Origin: an uncultured Bacteroidales bacterium
GTDB lineage: Bacteria; Bacteroidota; Bacteroidia; Bacteroidales; VadinHA17
Assembly: GCA_963725785.1 (NCBI GenBank)
Contig: CAVRZV010000011.1
Span: 165,956-229,955, forward strand
Direction: 5' to 3'
Length of the DNA: 64,000 nt
A model generated the notes under the pieces. The model ran no database searches. It worked only from the letters and a program-made list of their open reading frames with translations, and was not told the DNA's origin. Shown here piece by piece: positions 22,065 through 30,626 of this stretch. How positions within the stretch are numbered: the stretch's first letter is position 1; each line of letters opens with the position of its first letter. The translations under genes were made by a program, and so were the position numbers.

Positions 22065-22933
22065 TTATCTTTTCTCAAACAACTTAATAAGTGGATTAAC
22101 ATAATCAAGGTCAGTTCTTAATTCTGTATGAATCCACTCCACATCTTTTGAAAGTATTTTTAATGATTTCCATGTGATTGATCCACCATTTTTCATATGC
22201 TTTCCTGGTAAACTACCGATGAAGTATCAATCCATTTCTCTTCTCCTGTTTCCGAATCTGAGACTTTTACCAGTCCGATATCAGGTATTGACTGTTCAAC
22301 CGGATCATACACTTTCAGTGCAACAATATCATGTTTGTTGGAAGCAATTCTGAGAGCTTCTTCAAATTCCGGAACCATAAAATCGGAAATAATAAAAGCT
22401 GTGCATCTTTTTTTAATTGCATTTGTAAGGAATCGCAATGGTTCATCAAGATTGGTCCTTTTGCTATTGCGATGTGAAAGTCCAGAAGTTCCCTTATTAT
22501 CCTTAGAATATGTTTTCTCCCTTTTAGCGGCGGTATGAATTTTTCGACTTTATCGGAAAAGAAATATTACACCAATCTTATCGTTATTATAGATTGCAGA
22601 GAAAGAAAGAACAGCAGCTACTTCAGTCATTATATCCCTTTTATAGCTGACTTTTGTTCCGAAATTTCCCGATCCGCTTACATCAATAAGCAACATAACT
22701 GTAAGTTCCCTCTCCTCTTCAAATACTTTTACATAGGGATGGTTGAAACGGGCTGTAACATTCCAGTCAATACTTCTTATGTCATCACCATACTGATATT
22801 CCCTCACTTCACTGAAGGCTATCCCACGTCCTTTAAAGGCACTGTGATATTCACCGGCAAATATATGCCGGCTTAATCCCCTGGTCTTTATTTCAATTCT
22901 CCGGACTTTTTTTAATAATTCAGTTGCTTCCAC
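22065..22933 (-). CDS. DUF58 domain protein, frameshifted
   Basis: AGEYHSAFKGRGIAFSEVREYQYGDDIRSIDWNVTAR, EERELTVMLLIDVSGS, FIISDF. Confidence 0.88.
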
Positions 22934-22944
22934 TTTACAACAAA

Positions 22945-23351
22945 TTATTTTTCAGATTCAATAGATATAACACACGACCATTTTCCTTCATTGATCTCAA
23001 TAATATAATCTTTCCCATCATGTTTGTCGATCCATTTATTATCACCATTCTTCATATATTGGGAATTGAACTCCTTCACTTTTTCAGATTTCATACTTGC
23101 GTCACAAATTATTCTCACGCTTCTGCAGACTGAATCGGGATTAAGAAAAAACAGCATAGTCTGGTTCTCCTGATTATCTGAATATTTCAGATAACTGAAC
23201 TTACTATTTACCACATTATTATAATTCATTTCGCTGTGATTCTCTTTCATGTATTTCACGAATGTCCTTTTCCTTTATACCCAATAAGATTCTGACTCTG
23301 TGCACAAATGCAGATCAATATCAGAGCTGCTGATAGTGTGATGATTTTCAT
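22945..23351 (-). CDS. Hypothetical secreted protein, frameshifted near 23270
   Basis: ATG at 23351 gives MKIITLSAALILICICAQSQNLIGYK, which joins the track ORF KYMKENH... after one indel. Confidence 0.55.
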
Positions 23352-23361
23352 ATAGTCTCTG

Positions 23362-24359
23362 CTATGGAACTTCAACAACATTAAGAATTTCGGAGATTAT
23401 ATGATCCTGATTAATATTCTCAGCTTCAGCTTCATATGTCAGACCAATCCTGTGGCGCATAACATCGTGACATATTGTTCTGATATCTTCAGGAATAACA
23501 TATCCCCGTCTTTTTATAAATGCAAATGCTTTTGCTGCAAGAGAAAGATTAATTGAAGCTCTGGGAGATGCTCCGTATGAGATCATATTTTTAAATGCAG
23601 GAAGACCATATTTTTCCGGATTACGGCTTGCAAAAACAATATTCAGAATATAATTTTCGATTTTTTCATCCATATAGACTTCCCTCACAACATTTCGGGC
23701 TCTGATTATATCTTCAGTTTTCAGAACTGTATTGGCTTTTGGAAAATCCTTGGCCAGATTTTCCCTGATGATCAACTTCTCTTCATCCATTGCCGGATAA
23801 TCAATAATGACTTTCATCATGAATCTGTCGATCTGAGCTTCAGGCAGAGGATATGTTCCTTCCTGTTCAATCGGGTTCTGTGTGGCAAGAACCAAGGAAT
23901 GGTTCATCAAGCTTAAATGTATTCTCTCCGATTGTGATCTGTCTCTCCTGCATTGCTTCAAGCAAGTGCGCTCTGAACTTTTGCAGGCGACCTGTTAATC
24001 TCATCGGCAAGAATAAAGTTGGCAAAGACCGGTCCTTTCTTTACTATAAACTCCTCCTTCTTCTGACTGTAAATCATTGTACCTATGAGGTCAGCCGGAA
24101 GGAGATCAGGAGTAAACTGAATCCTGCTGAATTTTGCATCTATTATGGATGCAAGTGATTTTATCGCAAGTGTTTTTGCCAGACCCGGAACACCTTCAAG
24201 CAGGATATGACCATTTGCAAGAAGACCTATCATAAGGCTGTCGGTCAGATGTTTCTGACCAATAATAACTTTGTTCATCTCCATTCTGACAATGTCGACA
24301 AACGAACTCTCTTTTTCTATTTTTTCATTTAAGATCCTGATGTCAGCAGTTTGCTCCAT
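23362..24359 (-). CDS. MoxR-family AAA+ ATPase, two +1 indels (~23962, ~23893)
   Basis: GHILLEGVPGLAKT (Walker A), RIQFTPDLLPAD, LADEINRSPAKVQSAL, LATQNPIEQEGTYPLPEAQIDRF, GASPRA. Confidence 0.9.
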
Positions 24360-24520
24360 GGCTTAAAAATTTAAGTAGCAAATATAATAATTTGAGTATC
24401 ATTAACCATACCGTGATTTCTGTTGGAAAATCGGTTCACAAAAGAAGTTTAAGAATTTCTAACTTCTTGTTAAGGAGTGTTAAAAATTCGTTAAAGTCTT
24501 AATATTAGTCGGGAGCTTTT

Positions 24521-24615
24521 CTCAGTGCCCCTCTGTGCTCCTCCGTGTGACTCTGTATCAGCTCTTATTTTTAGTTACACAGAGATTCACAGAGAAGCAC
24601 AGAGGACCACAGAGG
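24521..24615. repeat. Imperfect palindrome made of CTCTGTG-containing ~10-bp units
   Basis: ctcagtgcccctctgtgctcctccgtgtgactctgta ... ttacacagagattcacagagaagcacagaggaccacagagg. Confidence 0.65.
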
Positions 24616-25814
24616 AATAGTACAACTAGTTTTGGTATCGAAAGCGGATTCCACTCAAATTCACATCTTACAGAACTCCTGACCAGCAGGATTATTGCCA
24701 GAAGAGAAAATGCAATATTAAATTCCTGTGGTAAAATAAATTGCAGAACAAGAAATCCAGCAGAGATAAAGAAAACAATTCTGAACCAGAGTGTTCCGGC
24801 TTTATTCAGGATCAGCATTATCAGACAAACAATGATAAACGGATTCAGCCAGATAATATTCAGATTCCATCTCATCTGCAGATGATCGGTGAAAAAATTA
24901 AAAAAGATCATCAATACTGAAAGTATTGAAAACACAGAATAGATGACAATATCAGATAATCCTGATTATTTTCCTGCTTTTTATCAAAGCAGCCAGAATC
25001 AGGATCAATATTATTGCAAGTGTAAAAATAAATGGCGGAGAAGTAAAAGAGAATCATCTGTTTTACTTCCGGGGCACCAAAATCTAGCAAAACTTCAGGA
25101 TTCTGAAGCAGTGGGATCATTTTGCCGGACCTGTATACAAATGATTCAGATAATTCATTCTTCAGATCGATTGGAAGGAACATTCTGTCGCTGAAGACGG
25201 CTTTTTTATCAGCAGTCGATCCCATTATCAGATCAACTCCGAATTTATACCATGGGTATGGTTTCTGGTATTTTCCAACCATGTCCCTGAAAGTTGGTAT
25301 TTTCCCTGGTTCAGCAGGTGGATATTTAAGCTTTTCACCAATTGATTTTTCAAGCAGGTCGCGAATTCTTGTTGAACAATCATCATAGAAAAAATCATAC
25401 CTGTACTTTACGTTTTCAGGTTTCAGATTTTCATTGATAAGTCCGATAAGTACTCTTGCTTCCGATGCATCAATGATTTATTTTCTGAGAATATACATAT
25501 CTCTGCTCAAAAAAATATCCCTGCAGAAACCCTTTCAGGGATTCTCCTATGAGCATGTAGTCTAATCTTCCTTTGGCAAACTTCCAGACAAAATTTGTTG
25601 TATTGAAATCGAAGACCCCCCAGTTATAAACAGTATCCGTATGTTTTTCAGGAATTGCTATTCTCAACGCACTGTGACCATATATTGAATATGATTCAGT
25701 ACCGGGTCCACAGGTTAATAAATAGACGAGAGTATCGTTTGATGGCTGTGATAAACCATTTTTAAAAGAAAACAGGCTAAATATAATACCCAAAAGAAAT
25801 ATCTTTCTTATCAT
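24558..25814 (-). CDS. DUF4105 / Lnb-like (lipoprotein N-acyltransferase-like) membrane protein, frameshifted
   Basis: LLTCGPG..YS.YGHSALRI...YNWGVFDF N-terminal domain, YRYDFFYD-type segment, C-terminal TM helices with WNLNIIWLNP; split over several frames. Confidence 0.65.
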
Positions 25815-26042
25815 AGCGGTATAAATTGTCTTTTTGTAAACGTAAGGGATTTTTGGCAATTGTGAAAGAATGTATCGAATGATTTTTGATTGTAAAATAT
25901 TCATCATTTTTCAAGATACTGATTCAGATTATTCGTTTTTGATGACCCTTAATTGTTTATGAAATAAGAGATAGATTTCTTATCTTGCATATGTCCTATT
26001 GGAAATTAACACAGTGTAAAAACTGAAGAGATATTATTTAAG

Positions 26043-26408
26043 ATGAAGCGAAGCTGGAAAAAGAAGATCTTAGGTGGATTAAGTCTTACAAGTGCCCTTT
26101 TTATTTTTCAGGCTTGTTATGGCACTCCCCAGGACATGGGGCTTGATATCTTTATAGAAGGTCAGGTTAAATCGGATAAAACAAGCAAACCGGTAAAAGG
26201 AATAAAAGTATCCGTCGAAGATAAGATGCAGTATCAATATACTGACGAAAGCGGTAAGTTTTCATTCTATACCGAAACTGCGATCAGTTATAAAATAAAA
26301 TTTGAAGATACTGACGGAAATCAAAACGGTATCTTCGTGGGAAAAGACACCCTCCTTACAAACATTGATAAAGCAATTTATCTGGATATTGCATTGGAAG
26401 AGAAATAG
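26043..26408 (+). CDS. Radical SAM-associated putative lipoprotein (TIGR04134-like)
   Basis: Signal peptide ending FIFQAC followed by YGTP; directly abuts the radical SAM gene. Confidence 0.75.
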   Translation: MKRSWKKKILGGLSLTSALFIFQACYGTPQDMGLDIFIEGQVKSDKTSKPVKGIKVSVEDKMQYQYTDESGKFSFYTETAISYKIKFEDTDGNQNGIFVGKDTLLTNIDKAIYLDIALEEK

Positions 26409-27467
26409 ATGTTCCTGGAACTTAAAAAAAAATCTTTTCAGAGATTTAAGAAATATGAAACAAAGATTCATGAATTGAATTATTTGTTCTGGGAATGTAC
26501 CTCACGATGCAATCTGAGTTGTTTACATTGTGGCAGTGATTGTTCCACTGACGGCTCATCAGAAGATATGCCCCTGGCTGACTTCTTAGCTGCTCTGGAT
26601 ACAATTAAATCGAAATCCAACAATTTTACCGTCGTTTTAACAGGAGGTGAGCCGCTTTTACGCAACGATATTGAATTGTGCGGCAGGGAAATAAGAAAAC
26701 ATGGAGCACGATGGAGCCTGGTCACAAATGGATATCTGTTCGACCGTCAAAAATATATAGCATTGCTTAATGCAGGTTTAGGTGCTCTGACAATAAGTCT
26801 TGATGGACTCGGGGAGACTCACAACTGGTTACGTAATTCGAATTATAGCTTCGAAAAAGTTGACAGGGCAATTAGTTTAGCGGCAAGTTCGTCGAGATTG
26901 AATTTTGATGTCGTTACCTGTGTAAATGGCAGGAATATACATGAATTGTCTTCAATATATGATTATCTGGCCGCAAAAGGCATTAAGGCCTGGCGATTGT
27001 TTACAATAACTCCGATAGGCCGGGCAAAAAATAATCCGGAATTATTACTGACTGATTTTCAATTTAAGGAATTATTGGACTTTATAAGTCTTAAAAGAAA
27101 ACTGAAGTCAATAGATTTAAAATTCGGTTGTGAAGGATATGTAGGACCCTATGAATTAAAAGTCAGAGATAGTTTCTTCTTTTGCCGAGCCGGAATTAAT
27201 ATTGGGTCGATACTCATTGATGGTTCAATATCTGCCTGCCCTAATATTGACAGAGCTTATTCACAGGGGAACATAAACAAAGACAATTTTTACGAAGTAT
27301 GGGAAAACAGATTCCAACTTTTCAGAGATAGAAGCTGGACAAAAACAGGAAAATGTGAGAGTTGCTCAGATTATTCGTTTTGTCAGGGCAATGGATTACA
27401 CAATTGGAATATTAACAGTAAAGATGTGTTAGTATGCCACAAAGAAAAAATACGGTTAGCAGTGTAA
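26409..27467 (+). CDS. Radical SAM/SPASM protein (TIGR04133-like, rSAM/lipoprotein system)
   Basis: WECTSRCNLSCLHCGS, TGGEPLLR, SLDG, and SPASM cysteines (CRAG...SACP...CESCSDYSFCQGNG...C). Confidence 0.82.
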   Translation: MFLELKKKSFQRFKKYETKIHELNYLFWECTSRCNLSCLHCGSDCSTDGSSEDMPLADFLAALDTIKSKSNNFTVVLTGGEPLLRNDIELCGREIRKHGARWSLVTNGYLFDRQKYIALLNAGLGALTISLDGLGETHNWLRNSNYSFEKVDRAISLAASSSRLNFDVVTCVNGRNIHELSSIYDYLAAKGIKAWRLFTITPIGRAKNNPELLLTDFQFKELLDFISLKRKLKSIDLKFGCEGYVGPYELKVRDSFFFCRAGINIGSILIDGSISACPNIDRAYSQGNINKDNFYEVWENRFQLFRDRSWTKTGKCESCSDYSFCQGNGLHNWNINSKDVLVCHKEKIRLAV

Positions 27468-27522
27468 TACTAAATACACGTTGCATTATTCATTTATATG
27501 TTTTACTAACAGGCTACATTCT

Positions 27523-28623
27523 ATGGAAAGGAAAATCTTAGTAATTATTATCTTCTTTTTGCTTTTTAATCCTGGTATTTCTGCTCAAAAAGAGATTCAT
27601 ACTATCGTGAGTATTAAAAATGATCAGTTCTTCATAAATGGGAAACCCACCTATGAAAAGAGGTATTGGAAAGGTTATAAGATAGAGGGGCTTCTTTTAA
27701 ACTCGCGAATGGTTCAGGGAATTTTTGATGATCTTAATCCTGCGACTGCAGCAAACTGGAAATATCCTGATACGAAAAGATGGGATGCGAACCGCAATAC
27801 TGAAGAATTTATTCTGAATATGGAAAAATGGTATTCTTATGGTCTGCTTTCATTCACTATTAATATGCAGGGCGGAAGCCCCCAGGGTTATTCGGCTGTC
27901 CAGCCATGGGTTAACTCAGCATATTACGAAGACGGATCATTACGGCCGGATTATCTTTCGCGACTTGAGAAAATCCTGAATAAGGCAGATGAACTGGAGA
28001 TGGTTCCAATACTCGGACTATTCTATTTTGGACAGGATGAGCATCTGAGGGATGAAAAAGCAGTCATAAATGCTGTAAATAATATGATTGACTGGCTTTT
28101 TACAAAGAATTACAGGAACATTCTTATTGAAATAAACAATGAATGCAATATTGATGAATACAACCACGAGATTCTTAAACCGACTAGGGTACACGAACTT
28201 ATAAATATGGTGAAGCAGAAGGAAAAGAATGGTTTCAGTTTTTATGCAGGTACCAGTTACGGAGGTGGATTTATCCCGCTACCCAACGTAGTCAGGTCTT
28301 CTGACTTTATTCTGATTCACGGGAATGGTGTCCATGATCCCCAAAAGATTACGACGATGATTGAAGAGACAAGAAAAGTTAATGGCTATACTCCAAAACC
28401 AATCCTGTTCAATGAGGATGATCATTTTAATTTTGAGAGTGAACCAAACAATTTTACATCAGCGATCAAAGGTTATGCATCATGGGGATTTTTTGACTAC
28501 CGGATGAAAGATGAGTCATTTACAGAAGGTTATCAGAGTATTCCTGTCGATTGGGGGATAAACTCAAAACGAAAAACAGGTTTTTTCAACCTTTTAAAAG
28601 AAATATCCGGTAAAAATAACTAA
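27523..28623 (+). CDS. Secreted hypothetical protein, glycoside hydrolase-like TIM barrel
   Basis: Signal peptide; LLLNSRMVQG, LGLFYFGQD, EINNEC, PILFNEDDH, SWGFFD. Family not determined. Confidence 0.5.
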   Translation: MERKILVIIIFFLLFNPGISAQKEIHTIVSIKNDQFFINGKPTYEKRYWKGYKIEGLLLNSRMVQGIFDDLNPATAANWKYPDTKRWDANRNTEEFILNMEKWYSYGLLSFTINMQGGSPQGYSAVQPWVNSAYYEDGSLRPDYLSRLEKILNKADELEMVPILGLFYFGQDEHLRDEKAVINAVNNMIDWLFTKNYRNILIEINNECNIDEYNHEILKPTRVHELINMVKQKEKNGFSFYAGTSYGGGFIPLPNVVRSSDFILIHGNGVHDPQKITTMIEETRKVNGYTPKPILFNEDDHFNFESEPNNFTSAIKGYASWGFFDYRMKDESFTEGYQSIPVDWGINSKRKTGFFNLLKEISGKNN

Positions 28624-28697
28624 GCCCAAATTTTGTTACAGTTTACTTTTTGGTAGCTTTGCCACCGCTTTACGGAGCTCAGTAAATAATTGACAGA

Positions 28698-29342
28698 ATG
28701 GCAAACTTTGATTTAGCCCGTATCCTAATTTTCCTGCCGGGAATAATCCTGGGATTGACAGTACACGAATACTGTCATGCGTTGGTTGCGCATATGTGCG
28801 GAGATTCAACAGCAAAAGACCAGGGAAGAGTCTCGCTTAACCCTTTGAAGCATATAGATCCTCTGGGCTTTATAATGCTGATAATTGCCGGGTTTGGATG
28901 GGCTAAACCGGTACAGTTTAACGAGCAGAATCTGAGAAATCCTAAAAGAGATGTAATAAAAATAGCTCTGGCTGGACCATTATCAAATGCGGTAATCGCA
29001 ATGATACTATCTGTTGTATTCTCACTTTTATCATCAGCCTACCCCGAATATCACACACCTGTTATCAGGGTAATATTTGAAGTATTAAGTTCAGCTATTT
29101 ATTTGAACTGGGCACTCTTTATATTTAATCTTATTCCACTACCTCCTCTTGATGGTTCTCACCTTTTATTGTCTCAGTTTAGAAAATTTCCGGCTCTCTA
29201 TAATGGTTTGTACAAATATGGATCACTCCTATTATTCGGACTGATAATTGTAAGCTTTGTCACTAAAATAAATGTCTTCCCTATTTTGCCCGCCATACAA
29301 TTTTTAGGTAATGGATTTCTCTCACTTGTTGGATTCAGATAA
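28698..29342 (+). CDS. Site-2 protease family (M50) membrane metalloprotease
   Basis: TVHEYCHA (HExxH), NPLKHIDP, FGWAKPV, ALAGP, FNLIPLPPLDG. Confidence 0.92.
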   Translation: MANFDLARILIFLPGIILGLTVHEYCHALVAHMCGDSTAKDQGRVSLNPLKHIDPLGFIMLIIAGFGWAKPVQFNEQNLRNPKRDVIKIALAGPLSNAVIAMILSVVFSLLSSAYPEYHTPVIRVIFEVLSSAIYLNWALFIFNLIPLPPLDGSHLLLSQFRKFPALYNGLYKYGSLLLFGLIIVSFVTKINVFPILPAIQFLGNGFLSLVGFR

Positions 29343-29467
29343 CGGCTAACCGGCACAAGGGCGCAACGGTGAACTGACTTACAGACATACCTGATAGTTA
29401 CCAGCATACAAACAGATTTTTTTGAAGTAAAGCAGGAATTTATTATCTTGCAGGAAATAAGCATGTT

Positions 29468-30157
29468 GTGCGGCTGATATTAATATTAGTTATCTCAATT
29501 ATGTGGAAATATTCTTTTCCGCAGGTTGACAAGTACACTTCTGTCAGGAATGATATGGTAAAGTACCAGATATCCGACAGGGGAATTTACAATAGTGCGG
29601 TATTAAACGCAATGAGAAAAATACCCAGGCATCTTTTCGTTCCTGTTGAATATCAAAATGAAGCATATGGCGATTATCCTTTGTCAATAGGTCATGGTCA
29701 GACAATATCTCAGCCATATATAGTTGCTTACATGACCGCCGTTGTTAAACCGGATAAGAAGAAGAAAGTACTGGAGATTGGTACGGGTTCAGGATATCAG
29801 GCAGCTGTTCTTGCAGAGATAACAGATACGGTTTATACAATTGAGATTGTCCCGGAACTGGCAGTTGAATCAGCATCCCGACTAAAAAACATGGGATACA
29901 ATAATATTATATGTAAATCCGGCGATGGGTATAATGGCTGGCAGGAGCACTCTCCTTTTGATATTATTATTGTAACCGCAGCTGCCGCTGAAATCCCGAA
30001 ACCACTTATTGACCAGCTTGCTGAAAACGGTCGGTTGGTTATTCCCGTTGGCAGACCAGGTGAATTACAAAACCTCATGTTGCTTATTAAAAAGAAAGGT
30101 AAGCTTGAAAAGAAACTGCTTACAATAGTGAGATTTGTGCCATTCAGAAGATTATAA
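29468..30157 (+). CDS. pcm: Protein-L-isoaspartate O-methyltransferase
   Basis: IPRHLFV, AYGDYPLSIGHGQTISQPYIVA, LEIGTGSGYQAA, GDGYNGW, LVIPVG. Confidence 0.93.
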   Translation: MRLILILVISIMWKYSFPQVDKYTSVRNDMVKYQISDRGIYNSAVLNAMRKIPRHLFVPVEYQNEAYGDYPLSIGHGQTISQPYIVAYMTAVVKPDKKKKVLEIGTGSGYQAAVLAEITDTVYTIEIVPELAVESASRLKNMGYNNIICKSGDGYNGWQEHSPFDIIIVTAAAAEIPKPLIDQLAENGRLVIPVGRPGELQNLMLLIKKKGKLEKKLLTIVRFVPFRRL

Positions 30158-30188
30158 TCTATAAGTAATATTTAATAACCGAAAAGTT

Positions 30189-30398
30189 ATGGAATACTAT
30201 GCTGTTCAGAAACTAAAAGATGCCTGGGGCAAAAAACAATGCGATCATCCACATCTGGAAAAAGAGTACTATGTCGGGGCCTTTCTGATTAATTATGTCT
30301 GTATACAGTGTGGTAAAGAGTTTACTATCGCCCAAAAACTTGAACTGGACAAAACAAGAAAGGAAATCATCAGTAAAGATAATCCTGTTGGAATATAA
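30189..30398 (+). CDS. Small hypothetical protein with possible Zn ribbon
   Basis: 69 aa with CDH and CIQCG motifs; A-rich upstream region. Confidence 0.6.
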   Translation: MEYYAVQKLKDAWGKKQCDHPHLEKEYYVGAFLINYVCIQCGKEFTIAQKLELDKTRKEIISKDNPVGI

Positions 30399-30406
30399 AA
30401 ATTTTG

Positions 30407-30480
30407 TGATTCCGGAGCGACTCGAACGCTCGACCCACAGCTTAGAAGGCTGTTGCTCTATCCAACTGAGCTACGGAACC
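30407..30480 (-). tRNA. tRNA-Arg (anticodon TCT)
   Basis: GGTTCCG/CGGAATC acceptor stem, TAGCTCAGTTGGATAGAGC D arm, ACAGC-CTTCTAA-GCTGT anticodon arm, GTTCGAGT T loop. TATTTTTG promoter box at 30493-30500. Confidence 0.96.
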
Positions 30481-30626
30481 TTTTACAGGCTGCAAAAATA
30501 CATTTTTTTTCAGTTTTTACAACAGTATTTCTTACTCATCATACTTTTTCACGAAAGTCGATGAAACGATTAGGTTTTGACTGCTTTTTAGCCATTGAGC
30601 CCTTGCGCCTTTGCACCTTTGAGCCT

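Noticed and set aside
26409-27467. Radical SAM/SPASM enzyme as maturase of the GG peptide at 62662
   Set aside because: It is 35 kb away, has its own abutting lipoprotein partner, and the peptide core has no Cys, Tyr or Trp.
28698-29342. M50 protease as the site-2 protease of the ECF/anti-sigma module
   Set aside because: Possible in principle, but unlinked (about 30 kb away) and of a widespread type; nothing in the sequence supports the connection.
30407-30480. tRNA-Arg as an integration site for a genomic island
   Set aside because: No integrase and no duplicated tRNA 3' end seen in the window.
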